From Seison nebaliae (Eukaryota), in assembly GCA_023231475.1 (NCBI GenBank), contig JALJEE010001737.1, forward strand, positions 1-64,000: 64,000 bases of DNA, given 5' to 3'. A program made the translations under genes and the position numbers. Numbering within the stretch: position 1 is the first letter of the stretch; every line of letters begins with the position of its first letter. Shown here one piece after another: positions 14,144-27,565 of this stretch. The notes beneath the pieces are model-generated. The model did not search any database and was not told the origin of the DNA. It was given only the letters and a program-made list of their open reading frames with translations.

Positions 14144-17113
14144 TCATGCAATTCGTAATGAATCAAATCGATTTGTTGGAATAAATTGTTTTCCTTCATA
14201 CTCGTTCATCAATTCAGCAACAGTCGGGAAATTGACTGCTAATTCATTGTTACATTTAACACAGACAGGAAGATGGAAATGATGATGGAAACGAGAACAA
14301 TTCATCAGATATCTAGCTGTGAAAAATAACTGAACGGATTGTTCGTCGAATAACTTCACTTCTATCATCTTTCCACATTTCCAACATCTTTTCTTCCCAC
14401 TATTGAAATTGAATAATGAATGGAAAGAATCATATTTCATTATTGTTTTCTTCGAGAATAATTTCATATTCCATTCTGACAATTTCTTATCTAATTTTAC
14501 GAGATAATTCTTCATCAAATAATTTCCATTTGACGTTGTGGGATGTATACTATAATTGTTTAATTGGATTGTCAATGGTCTCCATAATATGTCCCATGAA
14601 CTGAATTCGTAGGCCACATTGAACCAAGAGAAGAAACTATTTTTCCGATATTCGATATTGTTCTCTTTTAAGACATTGATCAAATTCAATGAAAATGATA
14701 ATTGATGATCAATTGTTTTGACTGAAATCTTCTTCATTGCAAAATCGATGTCTTCCATCCATTCCTTTAGATAAATTTTGAGAAGACCAACTAAATAAGA
14801 AGAAAGTTCGATTAAATTGTCATTTGGTTCTTCATTTGAATCGTCTCCCATTAAAGTCTCATGTATGTTAAGGAGGAATGTGATGAAGATATTATGGAGT
14901 TGGAGTATCTGATTCTGTTCCACTAATTGCTCCAATAAATTATCTGTTATTTTACTCAGATTTGATGTTTGCGTATCATAACTATCGAAAATGGATTCAT
15001 ATATCGATGAACATTCGATTAAATTCTCTTCTGGAAAATCGAATACGTCAAAATTATTTTCTTCTTTCATCTCAAACTGTCGATATGGTAACTGTTCGTC
15101 CAACAACTCTATAACTGCCTTCTCTTCATTATTCGATATTTCATCATATCTCAAAATTTCGAATGGATTCAAATAATCATAATATGATAATTGTAAATGA
15201 TTCCATATATCGTTCATACTGATAATTGAAAAAAATAAATTAAATGAAATTAAGATTAATTAAAACTTTTCTCTCTGATCTTCTCCTAATCGACTTCGCA
15301 GAAAATTAGGGAATAAATTGGAGAGATGCAAATGATAAATGTCTCTAATAAATTGATTATTGAATTCGAATAATTGAGGATATTGATTTTGTAATTGCCA
15401 TACACAATCTAAAAACTAAAAAAATTGTGAAAAAAATTGAGAAGAAAGAAAATTTTTGAAAAATAAAACTTGAGTGAAAATTGGGGAATATTCTTTCGGA
15501 TTGTACACGGCCAACAATTGACACCGGTCATAAAATTTATGTCCAAATTGTATCCAATCTTTATCGATTAACTCCTAAAAATTATGAGATTAATATGAAA
15601 TAATACATTAATAAAATTTAAAACCATAAATCCATTCATTGTTCGAGAATGTGGAGAGAGGAGTATTTGTGTCAATGAAGTACATTGTGAAGTTCGATCC
15701 CATCCATCACTACAATGTACGAGTACATGACTGAAATCGTTTTCCATTTTCTTCAATGAAACAAAAAATTATTTGAAAATATTTATGAAAAAAGAAAAAA
15801 CATTCGCTACGAAATAAGCCGTCCTCAGAACCAAATCCAAATGAGTAAACCAATCTGATTCTTTGATTCCATTGAAATAATCAGTGAAAGTGAAAGAAGT
15901 CATTGAGGAAGAGAAGATCTTCTCCATTATCTTCTTTCGATTATCCGAATCAGATGTTAACGTTTGATGTATAACTAAAAGAAGATAAAATGATTTATAT
16001 ATAACAGAATTTTAACCTGTTGAGAATTCTTCGAATGATGTTCTCATTACATGAATATTATCGATTGCTGAACTTTCAAAATCGATTGCTGGAAAATCTT
16101 TACTAATCAATTTTTCTGTACCTTTACCTCTCGCCCGATTAGCAACCACGTTCAATAATGGTCTAGTATCCATAATCATCAATTTCTTAGAAACGGTTTG
16201 ATCAGTCATATTCGTTCTTATAATGTGATGTAATAAACTACAATCAGTTGTTGTCGATCCGCTAAAACCCAAAATCGGTTGAGAAGATCGACATAATGAC
16301 GTGCTATTTTCGTGAATAAATGTCGCAACAGGAAATCTGGTAGCTGAACGGAAAGAGCAACTATTTCGTATATCAAATACTGACAATTCTTTTGGTAATA
16401 ATAATAGTTTTGGATATGTCTCACAAAACTGAAATAAAAAAAATTATTTGAAAATAAATGAAAAGAAATTTACGAACGTCGTTCTTGATAACTGACCATT
16501 TGTTGTGGTGAGAGAACCGTTCATATAAATCGAGAGAATAAAGTGGAAGTTTCAGTAAATGGAGTGAAGATGAAATGCCAAAATTCTTCTGAACATTTCT
16601 AGATTGGAATGGAGTATTTTCACTTTTAGCTACATCTACAGAAAAAAAATGAAAAATTGTGAGAAAGTTAATAATTGAACTTCCGATATGGAATTTGAAA
16701 TTACCCACTCCAGATTTCTGGAAAAGAATATTCCATGATAATTTGGTTCGTAACGTGAAACTTTTATCATAATTCGTCGGAGTATCATTCACTTCCGTTG
16801 AATCGAAGAAAAAAGATAAGGGAAGAATAATCGATTGATTTGTACTGATGATCTGAATAGAGAGATATGGAATGGAATCATTGAATTTCTTAATAATCAG
16901 AGAACAATTTAATTTGTTTGGTAGTTCACCTTTTCCCACATATAACTGATATTTGTCGGAAGGTAAGATCAATTGGACAGTGTCATCAAATTGATCGTTC
17001 GCTGAAAGTTTCGATTCCAGTTTCTTTTCAGATAATTTCTTCATATTCTCTTTATTCTTCTTCTTTTCATTTGGTGCTTGATCCTTTTTGAACCGAATAC
17101 TCACATTGATCAT
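14144..17113 (-). CDS. Myotubularin-related phosphoinositide phosphatase (MTMR6/7/8-like), at least 7 exons, with an intact catalytic motif
   Basis: Spliced product contains FCETYP, LCRSSQP, DTRPLLN, IDNIHVMR, VLVHCSDGWDRTSQ, DWIQFGHKF and SPIFTQFLDCVWQL. Six GTT..AG introns restore the frame. Start codon uncertain. Confidence 0.88.
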
Positions 17114-17961
17114 TTCTTATGAATAAGTTTCTTGATAAAATTGTCCACGACTTTTTATTTACATGGAACTACCATATTTCTTTCCTTTATACCATTTGCT
17201 TAGGCGACCATTTTAAACATTATAAGTATACTCCATGTCTTCTAGATAGTCACGATTTGGAAGGAGTTCGATTACCTAACAATCAATCTCGAATGTCCTT
17301 ATTTATTACGTTCTCATTCTTAACTATTATTAACTTATTCTCAATTTCTATTTACAATAATAATGTTAATGATTTCTATAATGTTTCAATTGTCAGAGTA
17401 ATAATCGGATGTTATTGATCGGATGTTAATGCATATTGTCATTATATGATAATGTGAGTTATCCGTCACTTATTGGAAATTTGACCAAATTTAATTAAAA
17501 CTTACTATTAAAACTTTTTAGTAGATTGACTTTTATCGTTCATTTTGATTTTTTCCTACCAATAATAATAATTTACATTTAATTCAAAACATAATATCAA
17601 TGCCATCAACAATTTTCAACAGTTATCATAGAACATACAACATTAACTAAACAATCCATTTAATAGCATTCCGTGACTTTTTTGTTATATAATCGTATCT
17701 CAAATGAAATTGCTGTGAAATCTTTCAATATCTTTTGTAATTTTTTTTCATATGCATAAAAATTTCTACTGTTCAAGTTCGTTTTCCTTGAAAGATTTGA
17801 CGATTATCATAAAAGCCGTCGATTAATTTGTACTTTATCTTCCTCTCGACAATCACCCCAGAGAATAGAATGATTAGCGAAACGAAATGTCCACAAAATA
17901 TAACATTGAGAAAATATGAAGAAATATTATTTCGTCTTTTCACAAATAGATTATACTGTTT

Positions 17962-20338
17962 TCAATTCATTTGTAGTTGTTGTTCTTTCTTCAAAACTAA
18001 AGTGTTATATGTGGAAATAATTCAATTATATGTGGAAGTTTAAGAGAAAAACTTTCTATTTCATCTGCCAACAGTCTCCGGTGGCCTAATTTGTCGATAC
18101 CCATTTCTTTCAGGTCCTCTACTGTCAATTGTTTAAATAACTCGAAATCGATCTGTTTAATGGCTAAGTGTTAAATATCTTCACAAAAGAACTTTAAACT
18201 TCATGTTTTTTGAATAGAGCGCTATATTTCATTAAAGTAAGTCTTTCTAAAATTTGTTGAACGGTCCATGGTTTGACATGTCTCGTTGAAGAATGGAGAT
18301 CGCGGAGACCGTTCCACTTTCTGGAATTAGAGTGATTTCGTGATAAGGATGATAATGATTTATGTAAATTAGTTTCTTTCTTTTTCGGATGACGATCGTT
18401 TTGTAAAAGAGGCGACATTGAAGATTGGAATAAAAATTTCTCCCGATTAAAAGTCTGATTAAAATTTTTCTTCATTGACAACTTGGAGGTTAACAAGTAG
18501 GACGGGATTGAACTAGAGAACTTAAACATATGATCATTTTCTGATGGTTGTCGTTTTCGATCATTCGACGAAGATAACAAATTTTCTTGATTACGATCGT
18601 TCAACATTTTCTTAATTTCTTTCGAAACACGAAAATTATCGGAAATCTGTTTTGGTCGTGCTGTCGATGATCGTGAGAGATTTGAGATTTCCGGATCTCG
18701 ATTAGACGAATGAAGAGAAAATCTTTTTTTAAATTTGTCGACTGTATAATATTTTTCCATATCTTCCGATTTTTCTGATTTATCCTCGTTCACTTGTACA
18801 GATTTTCTACTTGGAAACATTTCTTTATTTTCTTGTTCTTCTACATTCTCCTCCAAAGCTGGAGGATTTTGTTTATTCTTCTGACTAATTTCCTGATTAT
18901 TAAATTGTTGATATTGAACACAATTGTTTGGATCAATATCATAGAATCCATTAGATTGATGAGAAGCAATAACAGGAGTGTAAATAAAAGATGAGTAATA
19001 CATATGAGAACAATGATAATCCATTTGCAATGCGAATGAACGACAAAACTCAACCATAATCTCCGTATTCGCTTCAATCGTTTTGATCCATAAACACCAT
19101 CGAGAATTATTCAGTTCCACTGTAAATTGTGGTGGTAATATGCCGACAGGTAAATGATTGACTAAATTGGACAGAACATATTGAGAGATAGAATGATAAT
19201 CACAATTCACTAAATTGATATTGATCAAATGGAAATATTGAAATTGGATACAAAGAAAATCGTCTAATTTTAAACGAGATGAAATTATTTGATCAACATT
19301 CCCTTGAATACACACGTGCAATGTTCCAAAATTTTGCAGATTATTCCAATATGGAATTTTATGACAACTGTGAGTTCTTATCGTTTCCGCCACTAAATGT
19401 GCATTGTGATTTTTCCTCAATTCTTCCACATTATTTTTCTTAGACGGTTCATCATTTGACGTCTCGACTAACAACTCATTCTTCCCAATATTATTCGCAT
19501 TATGACTGTTATCATAAATTGATATTGTTGCTCCGTTACTGAGAAACTGAATATATTCCAATACTGAAATGATGTCACACGATTTGAATGTTGTTTGTGA
19601 AATTTCTGTGTAAATCTTCAAAAATCTTCGTAAATAATTCATCTTTTTTTCATGAAGAAAATTGATAATTGGTTGGAGTCTTTCCTTCATTATCGGCTTG
19701 TAAACTTGAGATTTGAGCCATCGATGGAATTCGAGTTGAAGACTCATCGATTCCTTGTCTGGATTGTTAAGAGTGAAAATTGAATGAATAATCTGACAAA
19801 TCTGTCGTGTTAATTGAATATGGAGAACGAGAGAACGAATAGTTAAATAATAAATCTTATTATCTCCATTGGTATCATCATCAGAATTATGATTTGATTT
19901 AACGGTTTTCGGTTTGATCATCATGGTAATTTGGTTTAGTGATTTTTCAATCTCATTTCTGTTACCTTCATTGGACGAAGTACCGTCAAAGAGGATATTG
20001 AGTGAAAATTGAATTTTAATAAATTCTTTTATTTGTTTCAATAAAATTTCCATTAAATTCTCATCCTCAATTAAAGTATTATGGTGAATGCTCATCACTA
20101 TAGTTATGGGTAAGAAACATCTTAATGTTTCTCGTGCATTATTCACATCATCCAACGAACCTGAAATAGAAACAATATTCGACTTCGTTACAAATCCTCC
20201 ATCCAATTTATTATTATCAGGAAAATGGATCGAAGTTCTCGTACTCTCCATCAACTTATTTATTTGTTCGCCACCTTTCCCTATGGCATGGCTATGGTGC
20301 ATGAATGGAATGTCAACTAAAAGATGAAGGATGGACAT
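17962..20338 (-). CDS. BICC1: Bicaudal-C-like KH + SAM RNA-binding protein, 3 exons
   Basis: HSHAIGKGG...IHFPD...KSNIVSISG KH domain. The SAM domain is completed by spliced exons (KYSALFKKHE|IDFELFKQLTVEDLKEMGIDKLGHRRLL). Confidence 0.82.
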
Positions 20339-21385
20339 TTTTGGTTGATAATTGAATTTGGGTTAAATTGAACGAGTCGTTGAAATGGGAATGTATTAAA
20401 ACTTTTTTCAAATAAACAGTGAAAGAAAATTTTACATATTTATTAGTCAATTCGAGTTTCTATGCGCAACAATCTTCCGTTTCCTTATACCGTTTCCATG
20501 ACGATGAAATAATAAACTAAAATTTATTAAAATTACGTTCAACAAATATTTTCCTCCATTATCGAATATCATTGTCCTTCGATTTTTATTGATGGTGACC
20601 AGGCTGTTTAATACCTTTGAAATATTTCGTTTTTCTTTAATTAAAATCAATCAACTAAATGAAATCATGTTATATTTACCGAATTTCAGTTACAATTTTC
20701 AATTTTAATAAATTTATCGATACTATTTTGAATTTTAAAAAAATTGGAGATATGATTGATGATTGTTTTAATGTTTATAATGAGGGTGAATCGAAAGGAT
20801 TGAAAATCGAACATATTTCGTAAAAGAATTAAAGAATAAAACAGATTTTTTGAAAAAATAAGAAATTGAGAAACGATGCAAATATTTGATCGAATGTACT
20901 ATAACTTTATATATGAAATTAGATGAAAGAATAAGAGAGAATGTAATATACATAATAAATGAAGGAAATCATTTTTTTGGAATTGATGAGAACTAAAATG
21001 ACGAAACAATTCCAATTTCATCTTCTCAATTAAAAGTGGAACAACGTTCACTATTCTCGTCGAAGGAATTGGAGAATAGATGATTGAATAAATACAGATA
21101 AATTATGAACAGATGATATTGTACTCGATTCGTTTATTCGAATCTATTCGTCCATCATCATTATGATATTGTCTGGTAAACGATCACCATAACTTTGTTG
21201 TTTTTCTTAACAATCCAATCGACAATATGAGAAATTAGAAAAAAGAAATTAAATTTCTTCTAAATTAACTTTTCATTTCTTCTTCATGTAATTGAATGAT
21301 TTCATGTTCATTAAGAAATTGGAAATTCTTCTTCGATTTCATTACATTTGGAGCTATTATTCACACAAAATATATTAGAGAGATA

Positions 21386-24300
21386 TTAATTCAAGATAAA
21401 TGTTTTGGAACCGTTATTGATGGTGAGATGACCATTTTCAAACATCTTCTTCTTGTCTTTAAATGAAAGATTGATTGAGCGTTGAGTCCTTTCATTCAAC
21501 TCTTCCACATTACTATTCTTCTCAGGAACACAAACTTGATTACACAAATTTAATGCATCATCTAAACGAAAATATTCTGATGGTAATTGCACCGAATATT
21601 TGGGATTGGTAAATATTGGAGATCGTTTCATTTCTTCTTTGTTTAGACCGTCACATACGATGAGATGATGGAAATAAGAGAATTTAGTCCCTCCCGATCT
21701 CATCATCAAATCGGACAATTCTTCAATAATTTCATCCGTCATCGGAAACGGCATTCTACCAGAAGAATTATATTTCGCTGGCGATAATAAAATATCATTC
21801 GCTTTCTCTGTCGTCATTCCAATGAGAGAAGATCCGTTTGCCTTGAAGAAATAGAATTTGTATAAAATTAATAAATTTATTCAACTGTTCAATGAGAAAG
21901 TGGAGGAAATACTTCAGCGACAATGAGAGACACGAAATGAAAAAAAAAACTAAAAAATATTAGAAAGGAAATGAAGGATTGGAAGTTCAAAAAATTAATT
22001 CAATAAATAATCGAAATATCGAAAATGTGTGAGATGTGACGACGAATTTTTATTCGAATGTATTTCACTTTAAATTCCGATCGTTTATTCTCTAGAATGA
22101 AATTCGTTTCATTATTTTTCGTTAATTTCTCATTAATTTTTTCCTTTATCATCAATTTATCTTCGTCAATATTCTCTAATTGATTCGCAGATAATAATTC
22201 ATCAGATGTCATTTCTAATGGTTTTTCTGTAATTATCTTATTTGTCGGTGTGTTAATATTAGATGGATTAGATGATGGAGGATTAGATTCGACAGGTATT
22301 TTTTCAAAATTTTTCTTCTCTGTCGGTAGGGAGGCGAGGAGAAGATTTTTCATTTTCCATTTTTGATTCGATTGTTTATTGATTAGAAATGGATTATTCT
22401 TTACAAGTCCAAACTTTCTATTGACTATTGGAGAGAGTGATCCTAAAAGATTTGAATGAACAGTTCCAATAGAATTATTATTAGTATTCAATTTCTTATG
22501 TTGAATAGAATTGTGGAGTGCGGAAAATGAGAATTGTTCGAAAGGAAATTGATTCTTCTTGAAATGAGTGAAGAATGTCGAATGTAACTGCTTGTCCATG
22601 GTGAATGGTTGCTTCATCAATTTTTTATAATCCATAGAAGGAATTAAAGAGAAATAAAGTTGATCGACACCAACTTTGTCCGTGGAAGCCAATAAATGGT
22701 CGAGTAAATCGAATTTAGTTTCGAGTAATCTCTCCGAATATCGTCGAGTTAATGTGGAGGAAGTGGTTAGTTTATTTGATTTGGATGTAAGTCCTAATGA
22801 CTCCAATCGATTAATCTTTTTGTAAGGCATCAAAAGTCGCTGTTTATCATATGAGCTGATTTGATCGACATCACTCATATATGACAGACAAGAAGAATTC
22901 GAATTTCGATTACGACGTACTTTATTTCTTTTCAATGTTTGTGTATTTAGTTTCGGTGTTTGATTGAAATGTTCATTCTCTGGTTTTGAGAGAAATTCGA
23001 GAGCGATCTCACTTAATCGATTAATATCGACGAGATATTCTTGTGAATCACTTTTGTCTTTCCTCCATTCGATTGGTGTGTAAACGTAGAATAGACGGTC
23101 GTTATTATCTTGTAAGAATTGACTGAGTGTTGATAAAAATTTATTCATTTCATTCAATTTCACATTTTCGCCTTCTTTCCCCACATAAGACAAATTGTAA
23201 CATTCTCTTCTGATAGTTTCCTTCAAACTACTGCGCCGCCTTTTCCTCTTTTGATGAGTGAATTAATCAGTTAATGAATCAGAAGACAAATTGCCGTCAT
23301 GATGTATGCGGTTCAACCGATTAAAAAGAAAATACAATATCTCACATCATGACGAATGAGTATACTGAAGACAAATCGATAATAAAAATTACAAACAGAA
23401 GGAAAATTGGAATGGGGACGAAATCGACCGTAATTGGGACGGAAAAGAAAAAATAAATAATAATTATGATACTTATTGAATTAGAATTAAAGAAGAAATA
23501 ATAAGAAATTAAATGAGCACCAACTTCGAGAATTCGATCACCACGTCGCAAAGAGATATAGGGCCACCGGTAAATACTTCCTGCTTGACCGTAACAATGT
23601 TGTTGTGGATGTAGATAAACGTTCTTGTCACCAATATGAACATCTTGAATGAAAAGACCTTCATCTGATGGATCGGACTCATTCACCGAATTGTATAAAC
23701 CACCACAAACGGTAATGTGAATACTATCAGTCTTCGTTAATGGAATTAAACAATTACGGAATTTGGGAGGTGGGGGATGATGTTGCACCAACAATTTCAC
23801 AGGTCCCTCACTATTGACGATAGCTTTCACAGCATCTTCATGTGTAGCATTTCTAACATTCATCGAATTGACTTGAATTAATTGATCTCCAATTTGTAGA
23901 GTAGTTTTGGAAGCACTACCTCCTGGTGTTATTTTTGAAATGAAAACACCACGATTCTCATCAGAACCGAAAGGATGACTCCTATTATCCGCCCCACCAA
24001 CAATCGATAATCCAATCGATCCATTTATTTTATATATGAAAATTTCTTCGAAATTATTTTTGAATTTTTTCTCTTTCGTCGACGAGAAATGATTAAATGA
24101 AGTCGAATTAAGAATTGTCGGATCGATACTGGCTGATACATTCGGATTCACATTTACCGTACTTGAATCTGATGTGGTTGTCGTTGTTGTCGTTTGGGAT
24201 AATGCAAGTTTCGAATTTTTACTGTTGTTGTTTGTTGATCGTTCGATGAGGAGATCGAGAACATTTCCTGCATTTTTCAATGCTGCAACAGCCGCATAAT

Positions 24301-26695
24301 GGTCACATTTGACTAAGGAGACGCCATTAACTAAAATAATTTTATCATGAAGTTGAATTCCATGTAATGCCGCTAATCCGTCGTTAGCTAAACGACTAAC
24401 AAAAATACCGTTGTCTCCTGGTATATAGGGTGTACTACCAATACCACCAGCAATGCTAATACCTAAACCGCCAACCTTTTCTCTTCGATCTATTACAATT
24501 TTGAGTTTCAATTTCGTTTCATCTTCACTCAAATTCTCATTACTCTTATTCAATCGTTTATTGTTACTACTACTACTAGTTGAAGTGACTTGTGTTTCCT
24601 TCATTGTCGGTGACGCTAATGAGAGAGATAATGAAACTGCATCAGTTAATGTTGTTAATGTTGTTGGATTGTCGTTTTCGTTGAGAACAGGTCCCAAAAA
24701 ATGTTTCTGTTGTTCCTGATGATGATTACCAATTCGTTTGCCCTTCAAATGATGAGGAGTGTCACGTCGATGTAAACGAGATTTTGTCGTTTCATTATCA
24801 TCATTATTCAATTGTTGATTACCGTTTGATTGTTTTATCCGTTTCTTTTCATCATCAACATCATTCAAATTAATTACAACGTCATTTCCATTCTTCTCAT
24901 TTTCTTGACTCACTACACTCCAATTCCTGAAAATGACACGACGAGTCTGATCAGTATCTTCATTTTTCCCCGTTATCGATTTCTCACTTGATCCCGACGA
25001 TTTGGAGACATTATCACCGTTTTGTTGTTGTTGTTTGTTCGTTAATTCATGTTTATTTTGTTCTTCTTCGGATTGTTGAAGAAGAAATTTTGCTTTCGGA
25101 TGTTTCGCTTTCAATTCTTTTGGATGTGGAGTATTCCGACGATTGAAATTTCTCATATGTTCACTCTCTTCATCTTCATTCATTTGGGAATCGTTTCCTT
25201 CATTATCTGATGATATGAGTAATGGATCATCAGTAAATCGGACACTCTCTCTCGGTCCGTCCTCATTCTTCTCATTATTATAATTACATTCGTCCAATCG
25301 TTGACCATTATTGGTCGTTACGGATTGTTGTTGAGGAGAGTTATTATAAAAGGTATTTATTGGATATATATTATGTGCATTATTCGAAGAATTATTCGAT
25401 GAATTTGTATTTGAATTCTGCGTTTGATAAGTCGTTTGAGGCAGAAGATAACATGTGAGTACTGGCTGCATTTGTTCGTCTTCATCTTGTTGTAGATTGA
25501 TCATCGGTTTCGATTGATTCTCACTTAACCATAATGCATTTAATGCAGGAATTTGTAAGATTTCTCGTGGCAAATGTTTGAGACGATTCGATGATAAATT
25601 GAGCACTTTCAATTTCTTCAAATTTCCTATTTCTTTTGGTAATTGTCTCAATTGATTATCACGTAAATGAAGAACGGTGATACTACAACAATTGCCGATG
25701 GAATTGGGCAGATATTGAAGTTGATTACAATCGATGTTCAATGTTCTCAGAACGGTCATTTGTCCGATGGATTCCGGTAAATCTTTTAAACTATTCTCAG
25801 CCAATGCCAATTCTTCCATTTTCTTACAATTGCCCAAATCGCGAGGAAGTAATCTTAAATGATTCTGTTCCAATTTCAAACAAGACAATTCCACCATATC
25901 TGACATCGATTCAGGAAGTAATTCTAATAAGTTCTGTGACAGACACAAATCAGTCAATTGAGTTAAATTGCCAATGCCATTGAGGAGATGTGTCAAACGA
26001 TTATCAGCCAAATCCAATTGCTGGAGACATTGTAAACGAGCGAATGTCGATGGCAACATCTGTAACTGATTCGTATCGAGCCACAACTCTTGTAAATTGT
26101 TCAAATCACCAATTTCATTCGGTAACTCTTCGATGGCATTATTACCTAAATCTAAACTTTCTAATCGTTGTAAATCGGATATTGTACTCGGAATGGAAAT
26201 GAGCATATTCTCCCGTATCTCCAATGTCCTTAAAGCTGTCAATGAACCGATTTCATTCGGAAGAATTGACAACGCCGTATCATTGATATTGAGTTGTGTC
26301 AAATTTTGTAATTGCATCAATCCGATGGGAACATGTTGAAGAGGATTGGAACTCACATCGACAATTTGAAGTACAGAACATTTGCTAATTTCTTTCGGAA
26401 GTGAATCGAGTTCATTTTTTGATACATCCAATTCCAACAACAATGACAGATTTGCAATATCGCCAGTAAAATGTGTCAATTGATTGTCAGACAATCCCAA
26501 TCGTCTCAGATGAACAAGTTTGTAGAAGGAACGAGGTAATTCCTGCAACGCATTCGCATCTAATAATAAATCCTCTAAAGAATTAGTATGTCGGAGGATC
26601 TCATCGGGAATCGTTTGCAAATTGGCATGACAACGTTCAACTGTTTCCACTTGTTTGTTACATCGGATTGGGAGACATTTGAAGATGCCGGACAT
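21386..26695 (-). CDS. SCRIB: Scribble (LAP family LRR + PDZ polarity protein); exons 26695-23525 and 21841-21386
   Basis: FKCLPIRCNKQVE N-terminus, long LRR array, ALWLSENQ/LTCYLLPQ, RRDTPHHLK, three PDZ domains. GDRILE|ANGSSLIGMT joins in frame across intron 23524-21842. C-terminal LIVCDG and LSFKDKKKMFE motifs. Confidence 0.92.
22000..23247 (-). CDS. Long open frame nested in the Scribble intron on the same strand; probable alternative exon or nested gene, no recognisable domain
   Basis: About 415 stop-free codons in very AT-rich DNA. A candidate phase-0 AAG acceptor lies at 23250-23248. Confidence 0.6.
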   Translation of the reverse strand, partial: RKRRRSSLKETIRRECYNLSYVGKEGENVKLNEMNKFLSTLSQFLQDNNDRLFYVYTPIEWRKDKSDSQEYLVDINRLSEIALEFLSKPENEHFNQTPKLNTQTLKRNKVRRNRNSNSSCLSYMSDVDQISSYDKQRLLMPYKKINRLESLGLTSKSNKLTTSSTLTRRYSERLLETKFDLLDHLLASTDKVGVDQLYFSLIPSMDYKKLMKQPFTMDKQLHSTFFTHFKKNQFPFEQFSFSALHNSIQHKKLNTNNNSIGTVHSNLLGSLSPIVNRKFGLVKNNPFLINKQSNQKWKMKNLLLASLPTEKKNFEKIPVESNPPSSNPSNINTPTNKIITEKPLEMTSDELLSANQLENIDEDKLMIKEKINEKLTKNNETNFILENKRSEFKVKYIRIKIRRHISHIFDISIIY

Positions 26696-27565
26696 TATCT
26701 CTTTTTGATAGTCAGATTGTCGTATTTGATGAGAAGTAGATGTGAATCAATTCATTTCTTTCAAATCTCAATTATATTACCGCCTCACATTGATACTATG
26801 ATGGAGAAATGGACAATAAAGAAAATAAATTTTAAAGATTTTTCTTTTTTTATTGAAGGTGACAAAAATGACAATGTCTTTCCATTACATATTTTATTCA
26901 TTAAGGAAAGTAAACGAATTAGTTCGTTCGCTTCAATCGGAAAGGAAAGATATTGAGAGTAAAACAAAAAGAATAATTCTTAAATGAATCATTTTAAATG
27001 AAGTGTATGTTCTTTCGGGACATAGTTGAATGTGTAATGGACAAATGTGATTAATGGTAAATTTTGCATTTGTCAATTAATTGAATCTTCTTCTGTTTAT
27101 TCAATTTTACTTCAATTCATATTACACATAATTCGTACATATATAGAAGTGATGTGAAGAAGAGACAAAAGAAGAGAAGACAATATATTTTGGTAAGTGA
27201 AAGTTTATGGGAGAAGTTTTTGAATGAAAAGTAAATTTTATTTATTTCTAATTCTGACAACAACAACAGAAAAAGGGGAAGAAGGAGAATGAATACATTC
27301 TCGAATCTAACATGATTATCATAATAGATGATCATCGAACAACGACAAATAGAATGAGAGAAATCCAAATTATCCAGATGCTCTCACACTAATTATTGCT
27401 TTTCAATTCTCTCTATTCATATCCTTTCAATTCTTTCCTCTAACAAAATATTTATCAATAAACTACTTTTCATTTTTTTATCCATTCTCCTTCCTATTCT
27501 ACTCATCTCTCAATTCAATTATTTAGCTTAGTCTTATAAAGTGAACAAATCTCCACTCAAATTAC

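Noticed and set aside
18005..18040. Short direct repeat ttatatgtggaa x2 in a BicC intron (similar ttatcagaa x2 in ELAV intron 1)
   Set aside because: Ordinary local slippage duplications, not an array.
23255..23345. Possible TAA readthrough or recoding upstream of the nested ORF
   Set aside because: All well-supported genes use standard stops with none inside conserved exons; an acceptor downstream of the TAA is the simpler explanation.
23342..23524. Hydrophobic, TM-like C-terminus of the 1117-aa Scribble ORF
   Set aside because: It is read-through into T-rich intron sequence; the PDZ continues at 21841.
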